A DNA stretch of 63,746 bases, filler included, from Vannella sp. (taxonomy: Eukaryota), in NCBI GenBank assembly GCA_023345925.1. It is 8 parts of 8 records of this genome, joined end to end, with 100 filler letters (N's around TTAATTAATTAA, not from the genome) between each part and the next. Parts side by side here need not be neighbours in the genome. Positions count along the whole stretch, not along the records: positions 39,967 to 50,510 come from JAJQQN010001001.1; positions 50,611 to 56,996 come from JAJQQN010001254.1; positions 57,097 to 60,529 come from JAJQQN010000826.1; positions 60,630 to 63,746 come from JAJQQN010001388.1; 4 more parts are not named here. The stretch is one strand, 5' to 3'. Shown piece after piece: positions 49,761-61,853 of the stretch (the first letter of the stretch is position 1; the number at the start of each line of letters is the position of its first letter). Both the position numbers and the translations under genes were made by a program. The notes under the pieces are model-generated. The model was given only the letters and a program-made list of their open reading frames with translations. It was not told where the DNA came from and ran no database searches.

Positions 49761-49954
49761 ACCTTTGATCAGAGCGACCCCTTTACTTGATAGACCTTGC
49801 GGAGTACTCGTTAGGAAGGAGAGCGCTCCCCTCGTACTCGAAAGACTCATCGTTGATGGAGGAGAGGAGCTTCTTGTTGCGCAAGTGCGCCTTTGCCAAG
49901 TTCTGCTTTGCTACTCTATCTGAGAGCTTGACTGCTTGTGACTAGTATCCAATG

Positions 49955-50347
49955 TCAGAGAGGGAAGTAGAGAGATCGATGAAGGCCTACAGGGAAGATA
50001 GACTGCACCGTTTTGGAGAAAGGATGCGCCAGAGAGAGCAAAGAGAGGACGGCAATGAGGCAGAGAGCAACAGAGATCAGAACAATGTCAACTAGAGACT
50101 CAGGAGATGAACAGCTGGCCTCCACAGTCCCTCCAGGAGCGCGGCAAACAGAGAATTTCTCTCGACAGGCCTCCGAGTCGCAACTTCGCCCGCACGAGCC
50201 CGTCACCGTAAAGTTCCCTTCCACACTCGACAAACAGACTCCGGAGCGAGGAATACAACAACGGCAAAAGCACGAAGCCTCCCCGTAGCTCTCCCAGACC
50301 AGGCACGCCACCACCAACACCCACAGCCCCCATCCGCCCCGCGCCAT
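49955..50347 (-). CDS. Small Cys-rich single-pass membrane protein
   Basis: Signal peptide, CFCRCC..C..SC..C..C..C..C ectodomain, C-terminal TM. Confidence 0.7.
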   Translation of the reverse strand: MARGGWGLWVLVVACLVWESYGEASCFCRCCIPRSGVCLSSVEGNFTVTGSCGRSCDSEACREKFSVCRAPGGTVEASCSSPESLVDIVLISVALCLIAVLSLLSLAHPFSKTVQSIFPVGLHRSLYFPL

Positions 50348-50380
50348 CTTCGAATACCTTCACAGCTCTCCCCTGGATCG

Positions 50381-50510
50381 AAGCTAACAATAGCATTAGC
50401 TAATGACACCATCTGGCTCCCCAACGCAGTCTCTTGAGGGATACAGGTCCCTTTCTTAACATTACGAGTGTACTGAACACAGAAGAGCGATTGGAAAGGC
50501 TACCTGAACT
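50381..50510 (+). repeat. Rearranged partial copy of BEACH gene segment 42758-43032
   Basis: 50424-50510 matches 42946-43032 with 2 mismatches. 50381-50429 matches 42758-42807 with small indels. Confidence 0.9.
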
Positions 50511-50610
50511 NNNNNNNNNNNNNNNNNNNNNNNNNNNNNNNNNNNNNNNNNNNNTTAATTAATTAANNNNNNNNNNNNNNNNNNNNNNNNNNNNNNNNNN
50601 NNNNNNNNNN

Positions 50611-52535
50611 CAGACAATAGTCTTCGCAAGCTCAATAGCATCTTGAGGAATTTCAATGAGAGATATTCCAATGATCTCTCGATGAGATACTTCACTCCTT
50701 CCTCCAATACAAGAATCGATGATGGCAGTGTGTCCAATCGAAAAGCTGGTGCCAGTGAGAAGAACCGATTGGTTGTTTGAGATGAGCAGGTCCACCATCA
50801 GAGGGGTCACAGCGTCTGCCATGAGCATTCCATTTGGGGCGATCATTCGCCGCCCCGCGAGGCAGCTGCTCCCTGGAGCACCGGTCTGATACTCATCAAT
50901 GAACACCGGAAGACAGCCTTGAGTCTTCGAACACAATTTCTTGCAGAGCTCTTTTTGAAGTGTCAGCGTATGGCTCGATAAGAAATGGCCCGGGACCCGA
51001 TTGGCGAATCCCTCAGCAATGAATTTGCGAAAGATCGCGCTGGATAATAATGTGGCACCAGTGAGTTGCCAACGTAGGAACTGGCTAGGAGTTATAGGCT
51101 CTGTGGCTCTGTGGCTCTGTGTTTGTGCATGTCCACATAGATGAGGAGTGCGTGAAGGCGAGCAATAATGGCCAAATGAATCTTTTGGATCCCGCACAGC
51201 CGTAAGTTATCCTGCAGATCGCTTGTGGTTGGAAAGCTCATACATCCATCTATCATGTTAAGGTGTGACAATAGAACAGCAGTCAGATGGTCCTTGAGTG
51301 GAGTCATTGTGATTTTCTCCAATGGATCATTGAAAGAAAAATAGATTCCAAAGTACTTGGAGAGGCACCGGAAGACCGTTGACGACTTTCCAGTTCCGGA
51401 GGCGCCTAGCATGGTAATCAGTTTTGTACTAACAATTGAAGGAGGTACCGCAAATAGAGATTCTAATTCCTCGTCTACTGGCACACAGGGCCAAGCTAAT
51501 GAACGTGTAGTAGCCAAAAATTGGACGCCTGTACTTTCCGACTTCATGATTTGGCCAAGATCAAGATCATCGACCGAAGGTAGATCATTGGATGGATTGA
51601 CAGCTCCCAACGCATGTCGATGAAATGTGTTGGGAAGTTCTCCGAAATCAACCATGTAATGACCTTCGCGGAGAAGAGATATGACATGCAACATTGCTGA
51701 ACACTTCGAGCGCTTGAACTCGAGAGTCGTTTGCTCTCCTTGGGTCAATTCTTTCACAGCATCCTCACACTTTTCCATCACACTTCCTGGATGCCATCCA
51801 TGTTAGTCTGGACTCAAGGAAAGATCAGAAAATCATACTTGTCCTTCGTACGCCCTCTCTGGCAACATCAATGGAGGGTCCTGAAGCCATTTGTTTCCAG
51901 ATAAATGTACTTGTGACAGGAGAGAGTAACTGATACAGTTTCTGCCATTCATTGTCGGTGTAGGTGCTCCCTGCTCAAGGTGAGATTGAGAACAATACAA
52001 TAAAGTGAAGGCCTACACTTAATACCCTCTTTTTGAGTATTCTGAGAGCATCCAGGTGGGGCTGAGCTGCTTGGGGATCCTTTTTTCTGGCGTTTTCCTC
52101 TTCTTCTATTGCAGTCCTCCATAGCAGAGTCATACAATCAACAGAAGTCTGAACATTCTGTCGGCCAGTTGCTCCCTTGTTCTCCTTCGATTGCTCCTCT
52201 CCTTCTTGGTGTCCGCTTGTGGCAGATAAAACTTCAAGCTTTGGATTCACATCACCCAAGATCTTATCGGAAGCAGTCTCAAGGGCTACTCGTTTACGTG
52301 AAGGAGCTCCGGCTGGATCAGGCTCAACCTCCTGCTTCCTCTTCCTTGAGGATCTGTCTCAAGTCAGGTGAGATTAAAGAGATTTCTTTCCATGCTTACA
52401 CATCGTAGACCAGTCTCTCTGGCTGACCAGCATCGAAGAGAGTTCCCTCCGTCTCCATGCCCCTTGATGTTCTAAAAATCCAACAAAAATCAGAGAGGCT
52501 TTGAGATCGCTGCGATTCGTGTCAGACGTACCCAT
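50611..52535 (-). pseudogene. Crinkler(CRN)-like P-loop NTPase protein, frameshifted and truncated by contig edge
   Basis: Walker A ITMLGASGTGKSS followed by CLSKYFGIYFS, ITPSQFLRWQL, Walker B VFIDEYQ, and LLTGTSFS. An 8-bp repeat x3 at 51098-51121 shifts the frame. 5' exons are uncertain. Confidence 0.55.
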
Positions 52536-53140
52536 CATCTGCATTCAATGAGACAACATTGTCGTGAGTAGCAGAGGCCCGTTAGGGAAAGTGATGTGGG
52601 GCGCGACAGGGGGTGAAACAGGTGTTCCTCCCCCCTCACCCAACAAAGAAGGACGACCCCTGCAAACGAACATCAGCTCCAATGTGAAGGGCGAATAAGA
52701 AGCTCACTCGTCAACGGGGTGCGTCATAAACAATGATAGAATCAAACACGCCAATTAATTGGGGTGTTGGTCAGAGTGAGCCAATCGAAGGATAACACTG
52801 AAATCAATCGATTGATCGATCAGCCTTTTTTTCTTCAGTTTATCATCTTCAGATGTGGGCGATTAACCGAAGTCTTTCGCGCTTTAGGGACTTCCAGGAA
52901 GCTCCAGACATTCTTCACATTAAGCGAACCAAAGCACTTTCTATTAATTCCTTTAATGGAATGATTAACACATAAACTTGCCGGTTTGTTCAAAAAACCC
53001 CCAAGAACTTGAGCGGAATGATCCTTCTGAGAGTCAAAAGAGGCAGATTTGATTTCGACGGGTTAGGGTCAAGAAGGAACTCTCAAGACTGCCTTGCGGA
53101 CTGAAAGAGACGCTTCGATTTGTTTAAGAATTCAGTCACA

Positions 53141-56100
53141 TCAGACTTGGAATGTGGGAGGGGGCAAAGAGGACAATGTTTCCACGATTTGAGGAAATGT
53201 TTGGCGGCGGCTTTGGTCTTGGTGCCAACAGAGAGTGATTAAATTCTGCCATTCAGTCGAAACACACGGTAGTGGCGGTCGTTCTCCCTTGAGAATGGCC
53301 TCACCAACGTTATGACTGGTCAATGACTCCAACGGCTCACAGGTTCCAGCAATAATACAATAGACGAGCATACCAAAGGCGAAAACGTCGCTGGCAGGGG
53401 CAAACTGATAGTTTGGATCCTTCTTAGAGTACTGCTCAATAACTTCTGGAGCCTCAAAGCGGATAGTCCCATGAGCTGAACGAGTTTGATTGGAGTCAAA
53501 AGTGAAAGAAGCTCCTCCAAAGTCGCATAACTTGGCTTGTAGAAGAGATGTTGCAGCCACTTGATGGATCAGTACATTACCTGGTTTGATATCCCGGTGG
53601 ATATAGCCCAAGTCGTGAAGATGCTCCATCGCTTTGGCACATTCAAGGATAATGGAGTATGCAGTTTCTGGGTCAATTGGTCCTTTTTTGATCAAGGAAG
53701 ACAGATCTCCTTCTGATGCGAGCTCCATGAATATGGAAGGAGGTTGACGACAAAAGGCAACTCCTTGGATAATGTTTTTGTGCTCGACGTCGCTGAGTAA
53801 CATCACTTCTCGCCGGAATTCATCCAACTGTCGCTCATCTAAATCATCTATCCCTTTGAATTGCTTGACAGCAACAACAATCGATTGATTGTCGTTATAG
53901 TCATCTGTTTCCAGGTTACGAAGGATTGATGGCCTCTGGAACTCAATAGAAGGGGGAGCAGGAATCTCTGTCTGGTAGACATCTCCAGATCCTCCTCGGC
54001 CTACGAGTTGAGCCAGTTGAGGCATTTCACGAATTTCTCTAAGCTTAGAGAACGGCCTTGCTAAGGCTTCAACTACCAAACAAACTGTTGCACGATTAGG
54101 AAGGAGCAGCTGGACTGGAACTCGATGACGACCATCTTCCATAAGAAGGATCTTGCACTGTACCAACACAATTTCTCCTGGCGGGACTGTTCCATTCCAA
54201 GGAACGAATCGGACCGCTGCAGGGCCACTTTGCCTGTTCAAGAAGCGGAAAGGAACGGGAATGTCGCAACAACTGGTTAGCCTAATCTGACATTTGTACA
54301 CGTGGAATTGATTGCACGTGCCGGGAGGGGACAGAATGAGAGAGGATAAGCATTCTCCTTCGTGCCAAGATATCTCAATTCTCAAGGGTTGCACACCAGG
54401 GTCTAGAAGAGCCAATTGGTCGATTTGAATCAGTTCTTGAAGGTGAGTTGGAGTGAGTTGGCTAATGGCTTCGTGGAAAAGAGTGTTTTCTTCCTTGCTG
54501 TCCAAGAAGGACACAAATAAAGATTTTCTCATCTTCTCAAGAGCTACTTCAGAAGCATCAATCTCTTCAGCTGAGTGGAGTGGTGGTAAAGATAACATAT
54601 CCGAAGTCCCTTTCTGTGGAAGGGGCCGCCGTCTGGAGGGATCTTTCAAGATACAGAAAAGGAGCTGGCGTGTTTCTTTCACCTCTGAGCCTTTGTGAGT
54701 AATACAGCACTAATTGCTTCATCAGACTCACCTTCGAAGGAGTAGGACATTCCCCCAACTACATCGAAAACCTCCGTAGCAAAGTCGACAAGATTCCGCC
54801 AGTCAATAAGAGAATCTCTTGTTCCTAAATGAGTTTCAAGAAATGCTATTCACCCACTTACTGGAGGATCTCTTCTCGCTTTGTATTGAACCGACATTCT
54901 AAGTGCCTGCATTCTAGCTCTGAAGAGTTTTGGTGAGAAAGGTTCGCAAAGAGAGAGTGTTTGACGAACCCATGGCAGGAACAAGAGGCGCCTCCTTCGA
55001 GCGCGCTCGTCGGTGATTCAGATAATGATCCAAACGACCGAAAATAGAAAAAGCGGACTCCCATTTGGTCATAGTGTGTTCAGATAGTTGCTGAGTCACG
55101 ATCAGAAATAGAAGCGTTTGGTGTAACTATAATCTACCTCAAACTCTGTTGTTGGACGGACCACTAGACCCTTGAAAATAGCATAGGCATGCTCATAGTT
55201 TGCCAAATTAAGACAGTGATGAAGAATGTGGATTAAGTGGGTCATCAAGTGGATGCGAAGGCTGATATTCTCGATCATGTCCAGACTACCAAAGACATTC
55301 TGGGACAGCTGGATTGGGTTAGTCCCATTTTTAAGTGGTGGAGTAGTTCACCTCTTCTCTCTCTTTTCGCATGTGCAGCAACTCCCGACTAGCTTCTGGG
55401 AGAATGAAAGAGCGAGCAGTTACTCTCTGGTGAAGCTTTTTGCCCTGTAATGTCAAGTGTTGGGCAGTGTCAACTGCTCTAAGATCCAACCAGGTGACTT
55501 GCAGAAGCATCGAAACCAAATCCCCGCTTCCCGTCACCCGACGTTTAGCAACGATAGAAGGAGGTTGAAAAGCCCAAGGGGAAGCTGTGTTTTGCTTCAA
55601 GTTAGTTGTAACTTCTTCACGCGACAAGACGAGATGTTCAATGGTTTCCATGTGGTCCAAAAGGGTTCGGAGATCATCTTGAATACTTTCAAACTCTGCG
55701 TTTTCCCAATTAGCTGAATCTTGACTTGGGCGTAGATCCTCAGGGTAGAGGCCCGTCCATTGAAGAAGAATGTGAGCTATCTGCTGCCGAATGCCGTGGC
55801 TGCGTTCTGAGTTGTCTGAAAACTTCTTCCGACTAATCCGAGCAAGCAGCAATTTCAGAAGAGTGGAAGGAGTCATGAAAATCTTGTACGTGAGGAGAAA
55901 CGCGCTCAGTTTCTTGGTGGACTCTTCTGTTGTGGTCTCCCTTTGAGAAATAGCCCACTGACTCGATACCTGACTCACTTGATATGGTTGTTGGTTTGGT
56001 GATGTGCTCAATGAGCTTTTCAATGGAGCATTTGAGTAACCTTTGATCTCTGTAGAAGACTGAATTCTCGGGAGTGATCTCCACGTCAAATCGGAGACCT

Positions 56101-56854
56101 AAAACGTCATACGGCCCTTCGCTAAACTGCTCTCCCCATCAACAATGGCCCTGTCCCTCTTCATGAGCTTACCTCAGTAACTTTGAAGCCGTTAATGACA
56201 TCCTCGCAAAGAATGGTCAATCCTGAATAGATTATCTTTGGCGAACTGAGCTCGCGGCAGTTTTGGAGCCTCTCCACCCAACGTTCTCGAGCCTCCTGGC
56301 TGATTGCTGTGAACTCAAAGTATCTTTTGCTTGAGTAAATGTGGAAAATAGCTTCCAAGTGAGTTAGATAAACCCTAAACCCTAGGTGGGGAGTACACAC
56401 CAGATTCGCTCAACGGAGAGACAAACAGGGAAGGACATATGGTAATTCGCAGGTAGATATCAAAGGCATGCTCATTCTTGACCGGCTTGGCAACAAACAA
56501 GGCCACAGGGGCAAAGAGGAAGGCCGAAGGGCTCTTCTTCTGGTTCTTAGACTTGATAACGGCTGTATCCTCTACTCGGCGCTTTGTGGAGTGAGTGAGA
56601 AGCTTCTTCTCTTCTTTTATCTTCTCTACAACACTGAAGAAGGGCTCCTGGCTTTAGAACCCCTCGAGTTAGTGAGAATCCTCCCATGAGGACCCCATCG
56701 GAGTGCAGACTCACAAGACAGACGTTGCGCTCAGCTTAACGAGCCGACGGTCTGACTCCGACATATTACGTAGCTTCTTTGCAACCTGATGTACTTCTGG
56801 AACCCCTTTCTCTCCCATCGTGCGTTGGCTGGACATCCTCTTCAACCGCTCCAT
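53141..56854 (-). CDS. PH, RasGEF (REM and CDC25), Ig/MSP-like, TKL protein kinase
   Basis: PH C-terminus YFEFTAISQEARERWVERL. REM AFLLTYKIFMTPSTLLKLL..ILLQW..YPEDL. CDC25 TAQHLTL and CPTPSK. Kinase GRGGSGDVY, VAVK, IHRDIKPGNVL, DFG, APE. Confidence 0.82.
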
Positions 56855-57266
56855 CCCAAGACCGGCCTCCCAACAAGTGCCATAACAACACTGTTCATTA
56901 AATTCTCTGAATCTTTGAGAATAATATTCTGCCAACAAAAGACAAAACACCGCCGGAAAAGGCTTTGGAGTTTTCCGAACCCGAAACCCTAAACCCNNNN
57001 NNNNNNNNNNNNNNNNNNNNNNNNNNNNNNNNNNNNNNNNTTAATTAATTAANNNNNNNNNNNNNNNNNNNNNNNNNNNNNNNNNNNNNNNNNNNNGTCA
57101 TCCTGTCATTCATTCTGCCATTCCTTTGCTGTCCTGCGTGAGAGATGCTGTTTCAGAGTTTCAGTGAATTTTCCCCATTCGCCGAATCAGCAATCTGATT
57201 GGACAGTTGACACTGATTTCTTCTTCATTTCTTGCTCCTCCCTTCTGCGTTGCGTCTTTCTTTGTG

Positions 57267-58226
57267 ATGTATTCTTCGCGGTATCGTCAGAGAATGTTCT
57301 TTTTGGATGAGAAGCTGCAACTATGGTGGGAGGGCGTCAACTTGGACTTCGCTGTTGGATTTGGCACTGAGAAGATCCTGCCATTGTCAATGACAAGCCT
57401 TAAGCCCGCTAGTCCTTTGCAAATGAGCGATGAGTACAAGCGCACTCTTATTATTGATTCGGAGAAGACTTTGTGGGCAGCAGGAGAGGATGTAAACGGA
57501 GGAATCGAGCCCGCTTGGGTTCGTGTCAAGTACTTGCCTCCAACAATCATCCAAGTAGCATCAGGCTGCTATCACACCGTCTGCATTGATGTGGACGGGC
57601 AGCTGTGGGGCTTTGGAAGCAACTCTCACGGTCAATTGGGGACTGGCAGGATGAAACAAACTTTCTCCCCCGAACGCATCTGTCCAGAACTCCCTTTCAT
57701 CGTCAAGATTGCTTGCGGAGACACATTTACTCTTTGTGAGACGGAAGAAGGGGACTTTTGGGCGTTTGGTAACTTTGGACAATCAAGTTCTGTCCGACAA
57801 AGTCCTCCCACGAAAGTGCCCATTAAGCCCAACCAGTACAAAGACTTCAAAGCGGGAAACTCTCATGTGGCCTTGCTTGACCACGATGGCAATGTTTGGC
57901 TTCTTTCGAGTTACTGGGAAGAATCTGAAGACCCGCTTTCCAAGCTCCCCATTCCCCCCGTCACACGCATTTCCATGGGACCAAAACACTTACTGGCCAC
58001 TTCTGACGAAGGAGAGTGTTTGGTGTGGAATCTGACGAATGGGACGGAAGAGCTCACTCACTTCCACCGACAAATCGTTCACGTTGCCGCCGGAAAGATG
58101 ATTATGTGTGCATCGTCAGATGAGATCTATTTCCTATCCGGAAAACACAAACAAATGATGATGAATCTCGTGCAGAACGTCTCTTTCCAAAAGTCCGCCC
58201 GTTCAGCTGCTCCCAGTCATTCTTAA
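57267..58226 (+). CDS. RCC1/BLIP-II repeat protein
   Basis: QVASGCYHTVCID..LWGFGSNSHGQLGTG, IACGDTFTLC, AGNSHVALLD. Intronless. Confidence 0.85.
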   Translation: MYSSRYRQRMFFLDEKLQLWWEGVNLDFAVGFGTEKILPLSMTSLKPASPLQMSDEYKRTLIIDSEKTLWAAGEDVNGGIEPAWVRVKYLPPTIIQVASGCYHTVCIDVDGQLWGFGSNSHGQLGTGRMKQTFSPERICPELPFIVKIACGDTFTLCETEEGDFWAFGNFGQSSSVRQSPPTKVPIKPNQYKDFKAGNSHVALLDHDGNVWLLSSYWEESEDPLSKLPIPPVTRISMGPKHLLATSDEGECLVWNLTNGTEELTHFHRQIVHVAAGKMIMCASSDEIYFLSGKHKQMMMNLVQNVSFQKSARSAAPSHS

Positions 58227-58323
58227 GTTCTTCATAAAGAATAATCGGAAACAGACCACTCCGATGACGCCAGACTATCAGGATCTTGATTTATTCACTG
58301 GTACAGCAGCTTGTTGAAGGCGA

Positions 58324-60479
58324 TTAAGTGTAAAGGAAGATGTTGCCGTCGGCTCCGGAAGTGAGAATCCACGGCTGCGTTGGGTGGAAGGCACAATCCA
58401 GGACGCCTAAATCATCCACAACTTCGTGACCCTTCAAGATCTTGACTGGGACCAACAACGGGTTCTGCATGAGGTCGTTGTACACCATTCCATGGAAAAC
58501 GTGCGTAGTTCCATCATCGGATGCGGAAGCAAACAAAGGATAGCGAGGGTGGTACGCAACTGACCTAACAGCTCGCTTGTGGTACTTGAGCGTTCGGTAT
58601 GGCTTCTCTGATAGATCCATATCGAACCAACACACTCGCTTATCATACGATCCAATGAGGACATTATCACCTGCTGGGTGCACTGCCAGGGAAGAAATCC
58701 ACTGGGCCGCTCCAATTAGCTTCTTAACAAAGGCCTGAGAGGTCAAGTTATACACTCTCACGTTCCGCTGAGTTGCAACGTAAAAGAAGGGTTTGCTAGG
58801 GTGGAAGGCAACCGCTTGTACTTGCCCTTTGGTCTTCTTAAAGGGATTCTGACTCTGCCTTTGAGACAAACGGTGAATCAGAATAGCTGTTTTCACTGCT
58901 TCAGGGGAAACACAAGCAAAGTAGTCTCCCCGCCAATGCCAGGCCAATTCTTCCACTTTTTTGCCGTGGCCAATGACCATGCGCACCTCTGGAGGATACC
59001 CTTTACCATCTGGCTGCGTCCAGTTGACGTAAGTCTTCTTTTGTGAAGGTCGAATGTTGCCAGAAAGGAGAGCATCGATCTGAGCGGCTTGGTCATCGCT
59101 TCCCACGTTTGGATTGATCAGTAAAACCTCTTTCCCCACCGCAGCAAGGAAGAGGGGCAAGTCAGGATTGGGATTCCAAGCCACTTTGAGGACTATTCCA
59201 GCCAAAGTCCAAGTGCGCACGCAGCGTCCACTGGAAACCTCCCATAACCGAGCAGTCTTATCGTCTCCTCCAGATACAAGCCACTGTCCGGATGGGGCGA
59301 GGGAGATTGAGCGGACTTTCCCAGTGTGACCCTCGAAGCGGAGTGCCAGAGTGGTTGGGAAGGGCTGCAAGTCCTGTGGGCGAGGTAGTTTGGGCAATAG
59401 TGAGTCTGGATCCACCTTGGCACGCTGTACCATCTGTCTGGGGCAGAGGTAGAGGTCAAGGCATCGTGCAAAGCGATCTTCCATGCTCTTCTCGTATCCA
59501 GGGACCAAGCGAAGGCGATCGTACTTGCGGGGGAGGAAGTTGAAGGGTCGATCAGCTGGATCAAGCATCTCCCAAGCCTTGCGCTCCTCCTCGTCGAGAA
59601 GATACTCCTCGGGGGGATTGTAGGACTCACTGTGGCGAGGGAGTTGAACAGGAGGTGGAGGAATGTGCATCTTCAGTCTCTTCGACTCTTCTGGGGAGGA
59701 ATCGTCGTCCCAGATCAAGGACACTTGCAACTCGTCCTCTTCCACTTGGTTGGGGTCGGGGATTTTGATCCAGCCCTTTCGGATGGCCTTAACAAGGTAC
59801 GCAATCTTCTTAGCCTCCCACTTGGAGGGAAGGAAGCGAGATTTGGGCACGGGAGTGTTCAACAGAGGGTGAATAGCCAAGTCAGGGCGCGGGATCTCTG
59901 GGAACTCCTATTCCTCGCACGATCAGACTATATTGAAGCATGCATAACATAGAACTTACTTCGTAGGGGTTGTAAGATGCCTCAGGGAACCGTCCTGTCT
60001 GCAGATTGCGGAGAATTCGCATCTCTTCGACAGTGAGGATTACTTCTCGCTGGTTCTTTTCATCCCAAACGCGGCGCCTGGACCAAGCGAGTAAGAAGAT
60101 GGAGTAATTGATAGGAGAGAACATACCAGTTGCTCTTATCCTCTCGATCGAGGAAGGAGTCGAGTTGATCCTTCCGCACGGGGCGGGCGATCTGTTGGCC
60201 TTCAATGTTGTAGCCAATGTGATCATACTCGTCATACCAATGCATGGGTACGTTGCCTACTGTATTTTCATCCAGTGCCAGCTCCTCTTCATCAGAGGAA
60301 GCCCCAACCAACGTCGCGGGCAGTTCAACCTCGTCTTCCACCTCCTCTGATCCAGAGCCACCCGTCTGCTCCTCCACCTCCTCCTCCTCTGACATATCCC
60401 TCACCAGCAATTCATCCTCCACGAGCGCTTCAGCAGGAGCATCAGAGAACGAACTCGATCGCCTCTGTCGCTTTGGCAT
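58324..60479 (-). CDS. BOP1: Ribosome biogenesis protein BOP1/Erb1
   Basis: NTVGNVPMHWYDEYDHIGY, FLPSKWEAKKI, HSESYNPPEEYL, RCLDLYLCPR, WD40 repeats ending FHPTQPWILTSGADG. Confidence 0.96.
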
Positions 60480-60731
60480 CAAAAAGTGATCCAAACTCCT
60501 CCCACATCTTTGCCTGATCATAAAACTCTNNNNNNNNNNNNNNNNNNNNNNNNNNNNNNNNNNNNNNNNNNNNTTAATTAATTAANNNNNNNNNNNNNNN
60601 NNNNNNNNNNNNNNNNNNNNNNNNNNNNNAACCAGCCATTCAACAGAAAGACTGGGTTGAGAGGAATAAAATCTGGGTCAGAATGGCGGTTTCACTCGAA
60701 GAAGTCATTTTTCGAGCGCTGCTGGTGCCTG

Positions 60732-61722
60732 ATGGCCTGTTGTGGAGGGAAGAAGCAGAGCTCTAATGGTATGTGTAGCTGTATTGGTGGCGCTTGAGCT
60801 CTATAGGGTCAAGGGCGAGCACGGGTGGGGTGGAAAACAGGCGCTGACGGGAACTGGATTGGTGCAGACTCAGGCTCAGGGGGAATCAAAGTGCGAGACA
60901 CCGAAGATGATTATCAGGCGTAAGGGACACCTACCGCTTATTGGGGCTGGTTGGAGGGATCATCGTTCTCATCCCCGACACACAGAGCGTCTCAAGTTCA
61001 CAAGCTCCTTATTGTTGGTGACTCTGGAGTGGGAAAATCTTGTACGTTACCCTCTCACTGACAGGAACATCCCTCACCTGTTTTGCAGGTCTTCTCCTTC
61101 GCTTCTCCGTAGGCTCTCCTTCCACCCGTGGGACAAGCAAAGATGACTCACAGAGCGTTTATAGGATGATATCTTCACAGAGAACTTTATTAGCTCTATT
61201 GGAGTGGACTACGTAAGTTCCCTTCGCAGATGAAAGCCTGCTTTGTCAACAGAACTGACCGTAATGCCGTTAACAGAAGGTGAACGCGGTTGATATCAAC
61301 GGTACGGAGATCAAGCTGCAGATGTGGGACACAGCCGGCCAAGAACGCTTCCGAACGATGTAAGAAGCGCTCCTTGTGACCTCCAGTGTTGGTTTGGCTG
61401 ACCCGTCGCCAGTACATCAAGTTACTACCGCGGAGCCCAAGGGATCATCATTGTGTACGATGTAGCCGTACAGAAGAGCTTCGAGGGCATCGATAAGTGG
61501 CTGAAGGAGATCGGCACTTTCGCCGAGCCGGGCATCTGCAAGATGCTTGTGGGCAACAAGACGGACTTGGATGATCGTGTGATCACCACGGAGCAGGGAC
61601 AAGCGAAGGCACTCGCTATTGGTGTGCCTTTCATGGAAACCTCAGCGAAGGATAACACCAACGTGACGGAGACTTTCCGCCAGATGGCAGCCAACATCAA
61701 GTCCAAGTTTGTCGATGTCTAG
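60732..61722 (+). CDS. Rab1/8-like small GTPase with atypical termini
   Basis: Spliced product [86 protein letters not shown]-stop. Six GT-AG introns. Confidence 0.9.
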
Positions 61723-61853
61723 ACCACCAAGCCAGGGCCGTTTTGGCTGTACTTTTACCTCTTCCCCTCCTCCCATTCTCGTACATAAACTCGAGTTCCC
61801 AGACGAGACTCCCTTTCTAAATGTGTCCACAGTTTCCATTTATGCGCAATGCT

